From Camelus dromedarius (Eukaryota): DNA of 64,000 bases. Position 1 is the first letter of the stretch. Every line of letters starts with the position of its first letter. Shown one piece after another: positions 52,766-64,000 of this stretch. The stretch lies in the NCBI RefSeq assembly GCF_036321535.1, contig NC_087437.1, positions 3,100,001 to 3,164,000 on the forward strand, read 5' to 3'. Both the position numbers and the translations under genes were made by a program. The notes under the pieces were generated by a model, which was not told the DNA's origin, ran no database searches, and worked only from the letters and a program-made list of their open reading frames with translations.

Positions 52766-53899
52766 AAATCTTCCAGAATATGATAGGAACTGTGGGTTGT
52801 TTTGTAGATGCTTTTTATCATGTTGAGAGTTTTCTTCTTTTTCTACTTGGCTGAGAGTTTTTAGCATGAATGGGTGTTAAATTTTATCAAAAGACTTTCT
52901 GCCTCAATCAGTATGATCATGTGGCTTTTCTCCTTTAGATTGTAAGAATGGCAGGTTGCATTAATTCTGTCTTGAGTATTGAATGAACTTTGTATCTCCT
53001 TGGTCATGATGTATTATTTCTTTTACTATTTACTAATATTTTGTTTAAAAAGTTTGTACCTATGATCAGGAGAGCTGTGGTTTAAATGCCGATATTTTAT
53101 AAGCCTTTGAAGTGCTGTTCCGGTCTGCCCGCCTTGTGCACTACCCAGATGCCAACCTGGGTGATATTTTATACCATAGTTCAGTTCTGAACACCTTTGC
53201 TGGGATCTTTCTGGTCAGCTTCATGCACGGGTCACTCAGGGTGAGCCTGGGGCTGCAAACACAGATATAAAGGGTCCCATTCCCCACTGTCTAGTCAGTG
53301 GAAGAGGCAGGCAGACAGCTTAGTGAAGGACGTGGGTGGTCCTATAGACTCCAGTCTACTGCATCTGCAGCAGTGATGCCAGGGCGGAGGTCGCCACCTC
53401 TGTAGTGTCATCTGCCCAGTGTGAGGAGGGAACTGTCCGGGCTCCTCTACAAGACTCTTTGGTGGGTGCACTTGCCTGGCAGAGGCAAAGACAGGGATAA
53501 GTGCCCAGATACCACAGCCTTGCTGGTAGGGAATGACGGGGCTGCTTCTCTGTGGTGTTAGAAGGGCAGGGGGCAACAGGGACCCATCCCACAGGGCTTC
53601 CTCTCCCCTCACCTCTGGATGCAGGGAGCAGGCTTCTCCTGGGAATTCTTAATTGTTTTATTGTGCCCTGTAGTGGTTCTGAGTTGCGGGCAGCTCTAGG
53701 ACCCAGACTAAGATATACATGAGAAAAATAAATATATATACCCCAGGGAATGCACTGCCATGTCTTCTTTCTTCATTAGCCTGACCATCTTCTTGATTTC
53801 ACCTTTCAAAATCTTCTGGTGGTTGCTTTAGGCGGGTCCAGGGTTTAGTTATAATTAGCAGAAGTAGGGTGATTTATTCCATCTTGACCAGAACCAGAA

Positions 53900-54370
53900 G
53901 CTATCATTTTATTGTCATTACTAGTGAGGTAGAATTTGTTTTCTATATTTGTTGTTAGCTTTTATTTCTTCTTCTTTGAATTACTTATTCATGTCCTTTG
54001 GCCAATTTCAAATGAGATTTAAATGTTTTTCTAATTATTTATTATGAACACTTTATATATATTACTTGTTTATAATAATTTTATTTGCTGTAAAATTTCT
54101 CCAGCTTCTTTGTCTTTTTATATGTATTATTTTTGACAAATCTATAGTTTTTTCTGTTACGATTTCTTCTTTTTACATTCTAACATCAGATAAACAGCAG
54201 TTATATTTTCTTCAGTTTCATTTATTTATTTTCTACTTTTAAATTGTAGTTCATCTTGAATTTATTTTTATTCTGTTGTGAGAAGTGATGTCACTTGATC
54301 TGTTTTTCTTCCAAATAGTTCATTGTCTCAGCATCCTTGTTTATTTAGTTATGCTTGCTTTCTCCACTAA
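53900..54370 (-). mobile_element. Ancient L1ME-like fragment
   Basis: ttattcatgtcctttggcca…, tcatcttgaatttatttt…, cattgtctcagca. Confidence 0.5.
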
Positions 54371-55549
54371 CAGATATAATTATTGAATGAATAAGCCCTT
54401 TTTCCTTCAAAAAAGAATTTCTTTGCCACCCACACCTTCAAGCCGGATGAACCCTCTCTTTGAATCAAAATAAGAAACTAAAATCTAATGTCTCTCATAA
54501 AAGATGACAGACAGAGAATCTCCTTGTCCCCACTTTTCTACTCCTCACCCATCAATCCACAGCTAAAGGGACAAACAAGTAAATGAGCCCAGGAAAGAAG
54601 TAAGAAGCGTAATTTTAAAAGAGATAATTAAATCTGGCTGCCCCATGATACTAGTAAAGGGAGAAAATACAGAAAGATAAAAGGTTATTATAAAATCTAA
54701 AAAGAGAATTTAAACCACCAGCGTTCTCTGTGGTCTGCACTTTTTCTTCCTAGCTTTCATCCTTACAAAAATGGCAAACATATGAATATTATTGTCATCT
54801 TGCCTTTTCAAAACGTGGAATTAAAATTGGTGTTTCATAGAGAAGAAAAGTAATTGTATTTTAGTTTGCAGGTATTTCTGGTTTTCCTGCTTAATTCTTT
54901 GAATTATTCACATCATTTTAATTGGCCATTTTAATAGCTATATGAATTTAAAGACATACATCTGCCCTCCATTGCCCCTGCTTTTAGACAGATGGGGAAA
55001 ATACGCTCCAAATGCCAGTTTCCTCTTGCTGGGATGTCTGTGACTCAGTGGGGAAGGAATGATGGTGAAATACAGGGTAAAGAAAAGTGCTGGAACTGTT
55101 GTAAGTTCTTGATGAGTCAGTGGTGACCTTTGCAAATTTCCCCAATTTTGATGAATTATTCCAGAACAAGTCAGCCCAACCAGCTTTTACATCTTGATCC
55201 TCTGGGCCAGCCCTCCCTTGATACAGATGGCATTTCTAGCTGCAGAGACTGAGGGGTCATCTTTGTTCCCAGAGCAGCCTCACTCGACCTGTCACTTACT
55301 GTCACTCTCCATCCAAACCATCTGGACTTGCTCTAAGAGAACATCTTTACCAGCCCCCTTTCGCCAAACTGCAATGACTTCCTGCTGTAAACGTCAACTA
55401 CAAAATATGGACCATAAATCTATTAAATAGAACTTGGAGCCTTGACAGTGAGGAGTATAAGTGGCCTGAACAGAGAGAATTGTAGCATTGAAATTAAAGA
55501 CCAAGAATCTTTTCTGACCCAAAAGAGAACCACCTGCTCTGTGGTTTCA

Positions 55550-55725
55550 CATGTTCTACCATCTAAGTGTCATATCAGTCTGCAAAATAGGTACTGTTTG
55601 CCCCATTTCGCAGATGAGGGAAAGCCAAACTTGGAGAGAGTATGCCTCTAGCTCAAGGTTTCAGAGTTAGCAGGTGATGGAGTTAGCATTTAAATCTGCA
55701 TTTTGGACTCTAGAGTCCACACTAA
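55550..55725 (-). mobile_element. MIR relic
   Basis: ccccatttcgcagatgaggga…gctcaaggtttcagagttag. Confidence 0.6.
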
Positions 55726-55867
55726 CCACCCTAAGGCTCTAGGGACACAGGCATGATTTTAGGGGAAATGTGGACACAGGGCTGACTAATCCTGAACCAT
55801 GCAGTGAGACAGTTGGCCCTTCTAAATTCTCTTTCTATCCTGATGATGATGTCAAAAAGAAACTTTT

Positions 55868-56104
55868 TTAAAATTTAAGTACTATCAGTTACAGCGTGTC
55901 AATTTCTGGTATAAAGGGCAAGATCCCAGTCATGCATATAAATACATATATTCGTTTCCATATTTTTCATTAAAGGTTATTATCAGATACTGAACATAGT
56001 CCCCTGTACTATACAGCAGAAACTTTTAAAAAAAATCTATTTTTTATATATAGTGGCTACCATTTGTAAATCTCAAACTCCCAAATTTATACCTTTCCAC
56101 CCAC
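55868..56104 (-). mobile_element. Short L1 3'UTR with perfect 15-bp TSD
   Basis: TSD caaaaagaaactttt at 55853-55867 and 56105-56119. Confidence 0.92.
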
Positions 56105-56869
56105 CAAAAAGAAACTTTTGTTTTGGTATTGTATATTTTCGCATCTTTTTAACATTTTATGTTCTCAATTTTCAACAAAGAGGAGAAAGATCTCAGACGC
56201 AAAGCATTGGGCCAGCAAAAGTATCTAGCTGGAATTTATTTCTTTCTTTATTTTCATTGTATGTATTTTTATTTGTCTCTTTTATTTATGGCAGGTGATA
56301 CTAATTTTCCATTTATGAAGATGATGTAAAGCTTCAGTGTAGATGGATATACTTAATTTTTTAATGTGTCAACTTAAAGAAAAAATAATATCTAAATGCA
56401 AGTATTAGTAATATATGAAAGACTAACATGTGGGAAGCACATGTTTTGTTTTAGATGTAAGTCCTTGGAACGATGTCAATGCCTGAACAGTATGAAGTGC
56501 AGCTATCCCTCTAGGGTCCACATCCATCCCATGTGCCATGGACCACTGAATCTGAGAGTCACCCATGCCAGAACATGACAGCATCTTTCGTGTAGAGGAA
56601 AGAAAAACTTACTGTTCTCAATTCAGGGGAACTTCTAACAATGTCAGATAATAGATGAACTGCATAGAAAAATTACAGGCTTTTCTTCCGTAATAAGCCC
56701 TCCTCTACTTGGAGGTGAAAGAACTTTTATCGAGTTTCTACATGGAATTTAAAATTTGGCTTACAAAAGTGATTCTGACAATATCTTTCAGTATACTTTC
56801 TTAATTTCCTATACTGAAGTCAACCTCAAGTCAGCCTTCATTCCCAGAAGCGTCTAATGCAAAGTTTTC

Positions 56870-57780
56870 CATTTGTTCAGCAAATGTTTACTGAATACCT
56901 ACTGTGTGCTAAGCATGGCTCATTTTGGATCTGTCATGGAGCAAAATTAGGTAAGAATTTGTGGAGCTTACATTTGTGAAGCTAGTTCGGGAAGAGAGAC
57001 AAGAGAAAGCATCTAATAAATAAGTGCATGAGAAGAATGTGATAAATTGGGAGTTCAAGGTTTACAGAGACTAACTACTATTGTAAAGTAAACAACAAGG
57101 ACCTACTGTACAGCACAGGGAACTGTATGCAATATCTTGTAGTAACCTATAATGAAAAAGAATATGGAAAGGACTATATGTATGTATACGTATGACTGAA
57201 ACATTGTGCCTTACACCAGAAACTGACACAACATTATAAACTGACCTTACATCAATAAAAAAAATAATAAAGGAAAAAAGGAATGTGATAGGTGTTGTGG
57301 TGTAAGGGGGTTGGGGAAGGCAGCAGGGTGTCGGGATTTGATTAGGACAGTCTGAGCAGGCTTCACTGAAAAGGTGACATTTGAGCACAAACTTGAAGGT
57401 GGTAAATGAGAGGAAGGAGAAGGAAATGCCGTCATGGTTCTGTAGAACATGTGTCTCTCAGGAACGTTTAAGGAATATTAAGGAGGCCTCAGTAAGGAGA
57501 GTGGAGGGGGTCAAGAAGTAGAGCGGTCAGAGGGGAAGAGTTTGGGGACAGTAGAGTCAGTCTTATCTGTTAGAGGAATCAGGCTGTTGGCAAGTTGACA
57601 GCGATCAACTGTAGAGGAACAAGGATGAAACCGGGAATGCCAGGTAGAAGGTGTGGCAGGTGAGAGATGGCGGTGGCTGCACTGCAGCAGAGGAGGAGAG
57701 AACCAGTCATATTCTGCATGTACTTTGAAGGCAGGTGGATATCTTGATGAGATGGACGTAGAGTGACAGAACTTGTCAAC
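56870..57780 (-). mobile_element. L2 relic interrupted by an L1
   Basis: ttcagcaaatgtttactgaatacctactgtgtgc…ggcttcactgaaaaggtgacatttgagca. Confidence 0.7.
57045..57280 (+). mobile_element. Short L1 3'UTR inserted in L2
   Basis: TSD gaatgtgata at 57035-57044 and 57281-57290. Confidence 0.9.
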
Positions 57781-58008
57781 AAGAGGGCAACACAGGATGG
57801 AACACCTGGGAAGGAATGTCTGTAGCAAAGGCATAAATACAGAGGAGATTATGGTCCTTGAGCAGCAAGACTGTAACGAAATCTTCTAGGCTCCCAATTT
57901 GTAATTTAAGAGAAAAGATCCATTAAATACTCGGTTTCTGCATAATCATGGAAATCTAAATGATGGCCACCACTGCTTGCGAGAATTGTCCCCAGTGTTG
58001 ACTTTTGG

Positions 58009-58010
<2 letters not shown>

Positions 58011-58042
<32 letters not shown>
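58011..58042 (+). repeat. (GT)16 microsatellite
   Basis: Direct reading. Confidence 0.95.
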
Positions 58043-58044
<2 letters not shown>

Positions 58045-58859
58045 ACATCCACAGAGGGTCTTGCTAATTCCCACCTGAAAACTATCACCCAGTGGCTTGA
58101 TTGAAATGCAGCACTGTATTCAGCTGATAAACAGTCTTGATGACAGGGATGTGTATAAAGTTCATTAACAGATGACACATAAATCTGACCAGTTTCCCTC
58201 ATACTCTTATGAAGAGTGTCACTTTTTATTTATTCCGTCTTAGCATCTTCAGCATTTGTCACGCAGCATCCCATCAGGCTCTTTACTCCTTGATTTGTTG
58301 TTTTTATAGTGCAGTTACAGCATTATTTTACAGGACTTTGGGGTTAATGTTCTGGGCATCTTTTTCATGTTTACTGCCTTATCAGCTCCATCTGGGATGT
58401 CAGTGTTAATTCCTCACTCTTGTAACTTTTCACCTTGTGCTGATGAGGTTGAGTCGTGGATAAGAGGGAATAACTAAAGTGCACCCGTGAAATCTAAGTT
58501 TTAGTGACTCAGCAGAAGCACATGTTTCACTTGAGAAACTCTCACTAACCTCTGGGCATGTGCTGGGCACTGGGGTCATCGTGATGAAGAGATGCTGTCC
58601 CCACCTCAAGGTGCTCTATTCCAGGTGAGAGGTGATTAGGCCTAGTTCAGAACAATGATGTTGATAGTAGCTGTAGAGAAGGAAATGGATTTCAAAAGTG
58701 TGTCATCTGTGTACGTAAAAAACAAAGATATTTTACATAAGGTCTCAAGAAATACACCATTTCTTAAAAACATAATGCTTACCAAACTTTTAAGCAAAAA
58801 GCATTCAATATGTGATCTGAATCACCAAGAGATTAACCAAAGCAAGAGTTCAAGAATAA

Positions 58860-59365
58860 AATGTGTGAACTCAACAATCCCCTCTTTGTATTCATCCAAG
58901 AAGGAGGATATATACATAGAAATGCCCATGTAAGAAAGTTCACAGCAGCTTTATTTATAATAGTCAGACTGGAAATAATCTAAATTTCCTTCAATTTGAA
59001 AATGAATAAACAGATTGTGGTATATTCATACAATGGAGCACCACTCAGCAGTATAAAGAGGAAACTATGAATGTGTATGATAACGTGGATAAATCTCATA
59101 GACCTTTTTTCACTGAAGGCCACCAAATAAATACAAAAGAGTATACACTATATGATTCCGTATATATGAACCAAAAATAAGCAACTATAAGCTAGGCTGA
59201 TAGAAGTCAGTACCGGAAAGAAACTTGCTTGGATTATGGAAATATTCTATATCTTGAGTATGGTGTTAATTTCATCAGTGTATACAGTTGCCAAAACTCA
59301 TTGAACTGCACTCTTAAAATCTGTGCATTTTATTGCTAGTAAATTATACCTCAATTAAAAAAAGA
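58860..59365 (+). mobile_element. Ancient L1M (L1MD/ME-like) 3' end
   Basis: gttcacagcagctttatttataatag…ttgtggtatattcatacaatgg…aaattatacctcaattaaaa. Confidence 0.8.
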
Positions 59366-61249
59366 GACTGGGGGGGATAAAATTTGAGGATCAACCAACC
59401 AGGAAACTACATCAAGTATTGTCTTGTCCTAGACTCACAGGGACACTGCTGCCATATGTGGCTTCTGTATTGGGCTGTTTTGACCTGTGGCTTCTACTTC
59501 TTCCTCCCTCATTGAAATATGAGCTCATTAGTCTCTAATTTATCTCAGTGGAGAACATAATGCACGTCACAAAGTATTTTCTTGGAACCTGTCATGTCTT
59601 GCGGCGAGGAAAACCATACGAGATACAAGGGTTTGTTCTTATGCCTTACCTGTATACTTATGCCTTACCTGGACCAGCTCCATGTTTAACCTTCCTGTTC
59701 TATCTTACTAACTTCCTGTTTGTTTCTACTATAAATCCAACCAGAAGGCTACCACTTTCCTGCATTTCACTCCCAACTCAATACTCTTCCTTACGATATA
59801 ATGAAATAAAGCTAAACACTGAAATTAAATTCTCTAAAACATGGACAGTTATTGTAGTAAAAATATGGGAATTTACTAGTGGATTTGATTCACTCTTCTT
59901 TATTTTGCTTTTTTTTTTTTTTGCATTATGGCTACTGTGTTTAAATCATAAAATGCTTTATGTCTTGCTGTGCTGCCAGTTGTGTCCTGTTTGCCCATGG
60001 CTGTTGTTTTGTACAAATACAAATAAAATGAGCCAGAGGCTGCTACTGTGGAGAGCACCTGTGATAGTCACAGGAGTCCCGGATTGCTGTGTCCACTTGG
60101 TTTCCTGGGTCTTGCTTCACCCTTCAGTACATGTAAAGTCGTGTGTGTAGTAAAGCAGGTTCCATTACTGGCAAAGCTAAGAAGCTCTGGAATAAATAGA
60201 TCATTTTTACAAGGCAAGGTCTGATTAATTCCCGGAACGCATTTTCAAAGCACTACGGTGTCTGTGGTTGGGCACAGAAGCAATTGGGAACTGGGCTGAC
60301 CAGGCTTGAGGACATTTTTTCTGAAGTGGTCATCCTAAGACATTTTCATTTTTTCTCCCCAGTAGATATCTTTGACACTAAAGTTTTAGATGCATCTTTT
60401 TTGAATCCCATAAAAGAATGCCTCAAGATATTAGAATTCTTTTCTTTGAAAATGAGATGTATATGACTTCGAATTACATGGAACAATCTTCAAAGAAGAG
60501 TGAAGATCAAGAATTAATAGTAAGAAAGAAAAACTCAGGCTGCTCGTTCGATTTTGGTGACTAAGGAAAAGACACCTGCGTGTTTACATTTACAGGGTAG
60601 GGATGGCTGTTAGGACCTCAGTGGATGGCCATGTGGAATATAAACAATGTTCAGGATGAGGTTTGGGGAAGAATGTGAGCTTTAAAGAACAAGTGACATA
60701 AATGGGTTTCATCTTCCTTTGTCTGTGTGCCCTGGTACAAGGGAGTGCATCCCACAGGGGAACTGGAGGGAACCAAGGATCCAAACCTTAGAAGCCAGAT
60801 GGAAATTTTCCCTGAGAAATTGTTTCTTTCCTACCAGGTCCATCTTGCTGTTTTCCCTTTGTTCTGATCTTTATGGTGTAAGAGAATGAATGAAAAGTGG
60901 CCTTCTGGAAGCTCTACAGTAGGGAGGCAGCTTGAGGGGGTAGAAGTCACTGAACAGAGTCAGAAGAACTGGGGTGAGTCCTACATGGTCATAGGCACAT
61001 ACGTCTTTGTACCCTGAGCCCTCATCTGTAAAATAAAAAATAAGGCTTCTCTAGGTTTCCTTCCCACCCACTCTGACTTTCTGTGACTCTGGCTCAAACC
61101 TTTCTCAGTTGTGAAATGACCCTTAGACCATCTCTCTTCCAGTACACCCAGCTGTCCTCATCTGGTGTAGTTTGTATTTATTATTTGCATTACTCTTAAC
61201 CAGAAGACCCCCCGACCCTCTAGTGTTCCCTTAGAGCATGAAGACTGAG

Positions 61250-61297
61250 ACATGCTTTTTGACTGTCTGCTTGCTATAGGTCAGACACTCCACTGGG

Positions 61298-61329
<32 letters not shown>

Positions 61330-61480
61330 TTTATCTTGTCCTCATCCACAACCCTGTTAAATACGTACCTTTACTTCCCCCATTTTCAGGGGGAGAAAAT
61401 GGAGACATACAGGAATTCAGCAGTTTACCCACGATACAGCGTATGTAAGTCAGGATTGGACTCCAGGGCCATAGTCTCTG
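61250..61480 (-). mobile_element. MIR relic containing (CA)14 at 61298-61325
   Basis: tcctcatccacaaccctg…ccccattttcagg…gaaaatggagac. Confidence 0.6.
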
Positions 61481-61822
61481 CTCTGTCTTGCTCCAACTTC
61501 CCAAAATACTCACTAATGTCACTTCTTTATTCATGCAAATCCAGGACTTGTTTTGAGTGCTTGTCTCTATCTGGGATTTTGGATGTCCCTAGTGTCTACA
61601 GAAATAATAATTTAGGCATTTTTGTCCTTCAGGAATGAAAATAGTCCAACATAGTTTCTGCTGAAACTTTTGTGGAGTGCTCTGTTTTTATTACAAGCAT
61701 CTCTGGGTCCTTTTGTTTTCATATTGATTATTTCTGATTTCATGCACCTGAGGCATGGGTCAGGGCTCTGGGTCATGCTTTGGTTGTCAACTGCCATGCT
61801 AGGAACAGATGGCCTGTGTCTT

Positions 61823-61885
61823 TGGGTCTGCCCTTGGGTCTCCCGGTGGGTCTCCCATTGGGCCTGCCGTTGGGTCTCCCATTGG
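61823..61885 (+). repeat. 12-bp GC-rich minisatellite, 5 copies
   Basis: tgggtctgccct / tgggtctcccgg / tgggtctcccat / tgggcctgccgt / tgggtctcccat / tgg. Confidence 0.9.
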
Positions 61886-63894
61886 AGCCGGAGCACTGTT
61901 GAATAGATGACCAGGAGTTTATTCTGCATTATAGTCTTTAAGAAGCCTGGGGTCCTTGGCTGGGCATCTTTCTGGTGGCCTGAATCACAGTCATCAGCCT
62001 GGGAGAGGATTTTATGACCACTCTCAGCCTACTACCCTGAACTTTGTGCTGAAACCCAGTTTACTATGTTCAGGGCAAATCAGGACATGACCAAAAAGCA
62101 GCTGACCCTGGTAGGAAAATGATGACTTCCTGTGTATTTCTTTATCCTCACATTCTTCTTAGGATGAAGCTCTACCTTAGGAATGACTACTCACAAAGTT
62201 ACCACGTTCTTATTTGTTGATTGGGCCTCAAAACAGTGAAAATGGTTTTGCCAAATTTTAGCTGCCATTTCTGAGAATTACTTTTAAGGATGTGCTCCAA
62301 GAACCATTCACGTGGTTCTCATTTCTCACTGTTATGACATTTGGAATAATTCATTACTATGATACCAAAAGCTGCCAGGGAATCTCAAGACAGATCCTTT
62401 GTGGTTCCTGGAGCCCCTGGGTCCTTCACAGGATCCTGCTCCAGCAAAATCATTCAACTCACTTCTGTTCCACTGATGGTGAAATTTCAGGTGTCACATC
62501 CTGTGGGGAGGAGTGGTCCCTTCAAGACCTTAAGATTCTGTGCTGCTCTGAGGATGGTCAGCCTGTCTTACTTCCTGTGCCCTAATTTCCTGTCCAGTCC
62601 AGGCCCCTAGCCAAAGAAACCCTTCACATGTGAGGTACCCTAGAAACTAGAGGAAGGATGTGTTGTCTCCGGTCTCTGGTTTATCTCTCTCTTCTCTAGT
62701 TCTGCTCCACAGAAGAAGAGAAGGGAGTGGACACAGCAGATAACTGGGGACATTTTTCTTCTGAAGAGGTCCCTATACTTAATCTGCTTCCACTTAAGCC
62801 ACTTGAGACACTCAGACCCAGAGCATGAAAAGACCTGAGCAGACCACAACTTGGTGTTCACCTCAGCAGTCCTGCCCTCTTCCCACCGCCCACCACCCCA
62901 CCCCAAATAAAGGGTGAGGCTGGGCACCAGGTCACGTGCATTTGCAGAGGTCTTGGCACCCAGGACCTTTTGACGATGTACTCAAGAGCCCTCAAGGAAG
63001 CTGCTTTCTAAGAGACGGATAGAGCTTTTTTTAAACTTTGAGTTCTGTATTACTTTGTAAGCCACATTTACGTCAAATTCCTATGTTATAGGATAACATG
63101 AAAGATATCAGAGAGTAAGCATGATCTGAATTACTGGGTTTTGATTTTAGCTGGAGCCTTTCAAACCTCTCATGACAGAATACTGAAGACCAGAGGGTTT
63201 GCCCAACTAGTTAGCTGTAAAAGTCAGGTTTTCTGTCTTTAGACTAGTGTTTTTAAATCTCAGCATGTTAAAGATTCTTAGTCCATCCATCCATTCATTC
63301 AGCAAGACCTTGTTGTTTATCCTCTCTGTCGTAGGGGCTAAAAATTCTCCAAAGAATCATGAAATAGTCCTGTATCCAAGTCTCACAGTCTAGTTATAAG
63401 TTCCAGTGTGCCCAGCAGTGCCTCTATTTCTTTCTTCATTTATTAAATAAACGAAGAGAAGAAGCACCTGGCTTGCTACACTTGATATCAGACAGGAAAC
63501 AAAATATAGTTTAGATGTATGATCCTACTTAAAACTCCACAACGCGTGCTTATCTTTACATATTTTGTAGTGTGGCTGATGAAGGCAACTCGGCCTTCGA
63601 GCCTCACCTTTAAGGAAGATGCCTGCAACATGATTTTGCAGCTCCAGTTCTTTTTGCCTTCATCAGAAAGTGCCTCAGGGATGTTCCACACTCACCCTCC
63701 ATCACTGCATTTCAGAAAGGTATTTAATCGTCACGCTATCAGTGGAAATGAAAGTCCTGACCTGCACTCAGAGCACGCAGTGCATTTCCATCCCAACAAC
63801 TGGTGGTGGTGGTGTCGGTATGTATGTGACCGACTCCCAGAGGCTGATTTCTGAGCTGAGGCACCGTCAGACTTGTGACGTGCTGGCAAGGCTG

Positions 63895-64000
63895 GGGTGG
63901 AAATCCCCAGAGGCTGGTGTTAGAGTCAGATGCAGCTCTGCCAGTTACAGGCTGTGGGATCTTGGGCAGGTTACTCACGTTCCCAAATGTCCTTTCCATG
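63895..64000 (+). mobile_element. MIR relic
   Basis: agagtcaga…gctctgccagttac…gctgtg…cttgggcaggttact. Confidence 0.55.

Larger units (their letters stand above)
49785..53060 (-). mobile_element. Ancient L1MC-like element broken by several later insertions
   Basis: gaaataaatttagactagcacagaagttgcaaaaatag…agagttcccatgta terminus; diverged ORF2 text continues to ~53060. Confidence 0.7.

Noticed and set aside
59548..60150. 200-aa ORF
   Set aside because: GTG start, runs through a poly-T tract, no recognisable homology; likely a chance ORF
61823..61885. CRISPR-like array
   Set aside because: No spacers, 12-bp units, eukaryotic context and no cas genes
1..64000. L1 strand bias as an indicator of host-gene orientation
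   Set aside because: Longer copies are mostly on the minus strand, but many short ones are on plus; too weak to call

Overview
Mammalian genomic DNA, most likely camelid (camel, alpaca or llama). That inference rests on tRNA-Ala-derived vic-1-like SINEs and the lineage-type L1 3' ends. The window looks intronic or intergenic, and I could not identify a host protein-coding exon. The only recognisable protein fragments in the ORF track are degraded LINE-1 ORF2 (endonuclease C-terminus, reverse transcriptase and C-terminal domain). A large part of the window is interspersed repeats: many 5'-truncated L1 copies of several ages (several with clear target-site duplications, TSDs), a solo ERV1-type LTR nested in another solo LTR, MaLR LTR relics, MIR/L2 relics, a MER5-like DNA element and microsatellites. 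I found no evidence of a novel multi-gene system. The best observations concern retrotransposition mechanism: LTR-in-LTR nesting, a triplicated target site with a fold-back micro-inversion, a 33-bp TSD, a twin-priming inversion and an L1 with a swapped 3' end. There are also a few candidate regulatory motifs and weak splice-signal candidates. Family names come from memory of consensus sequences, and boundaries of old repeats are approximate.
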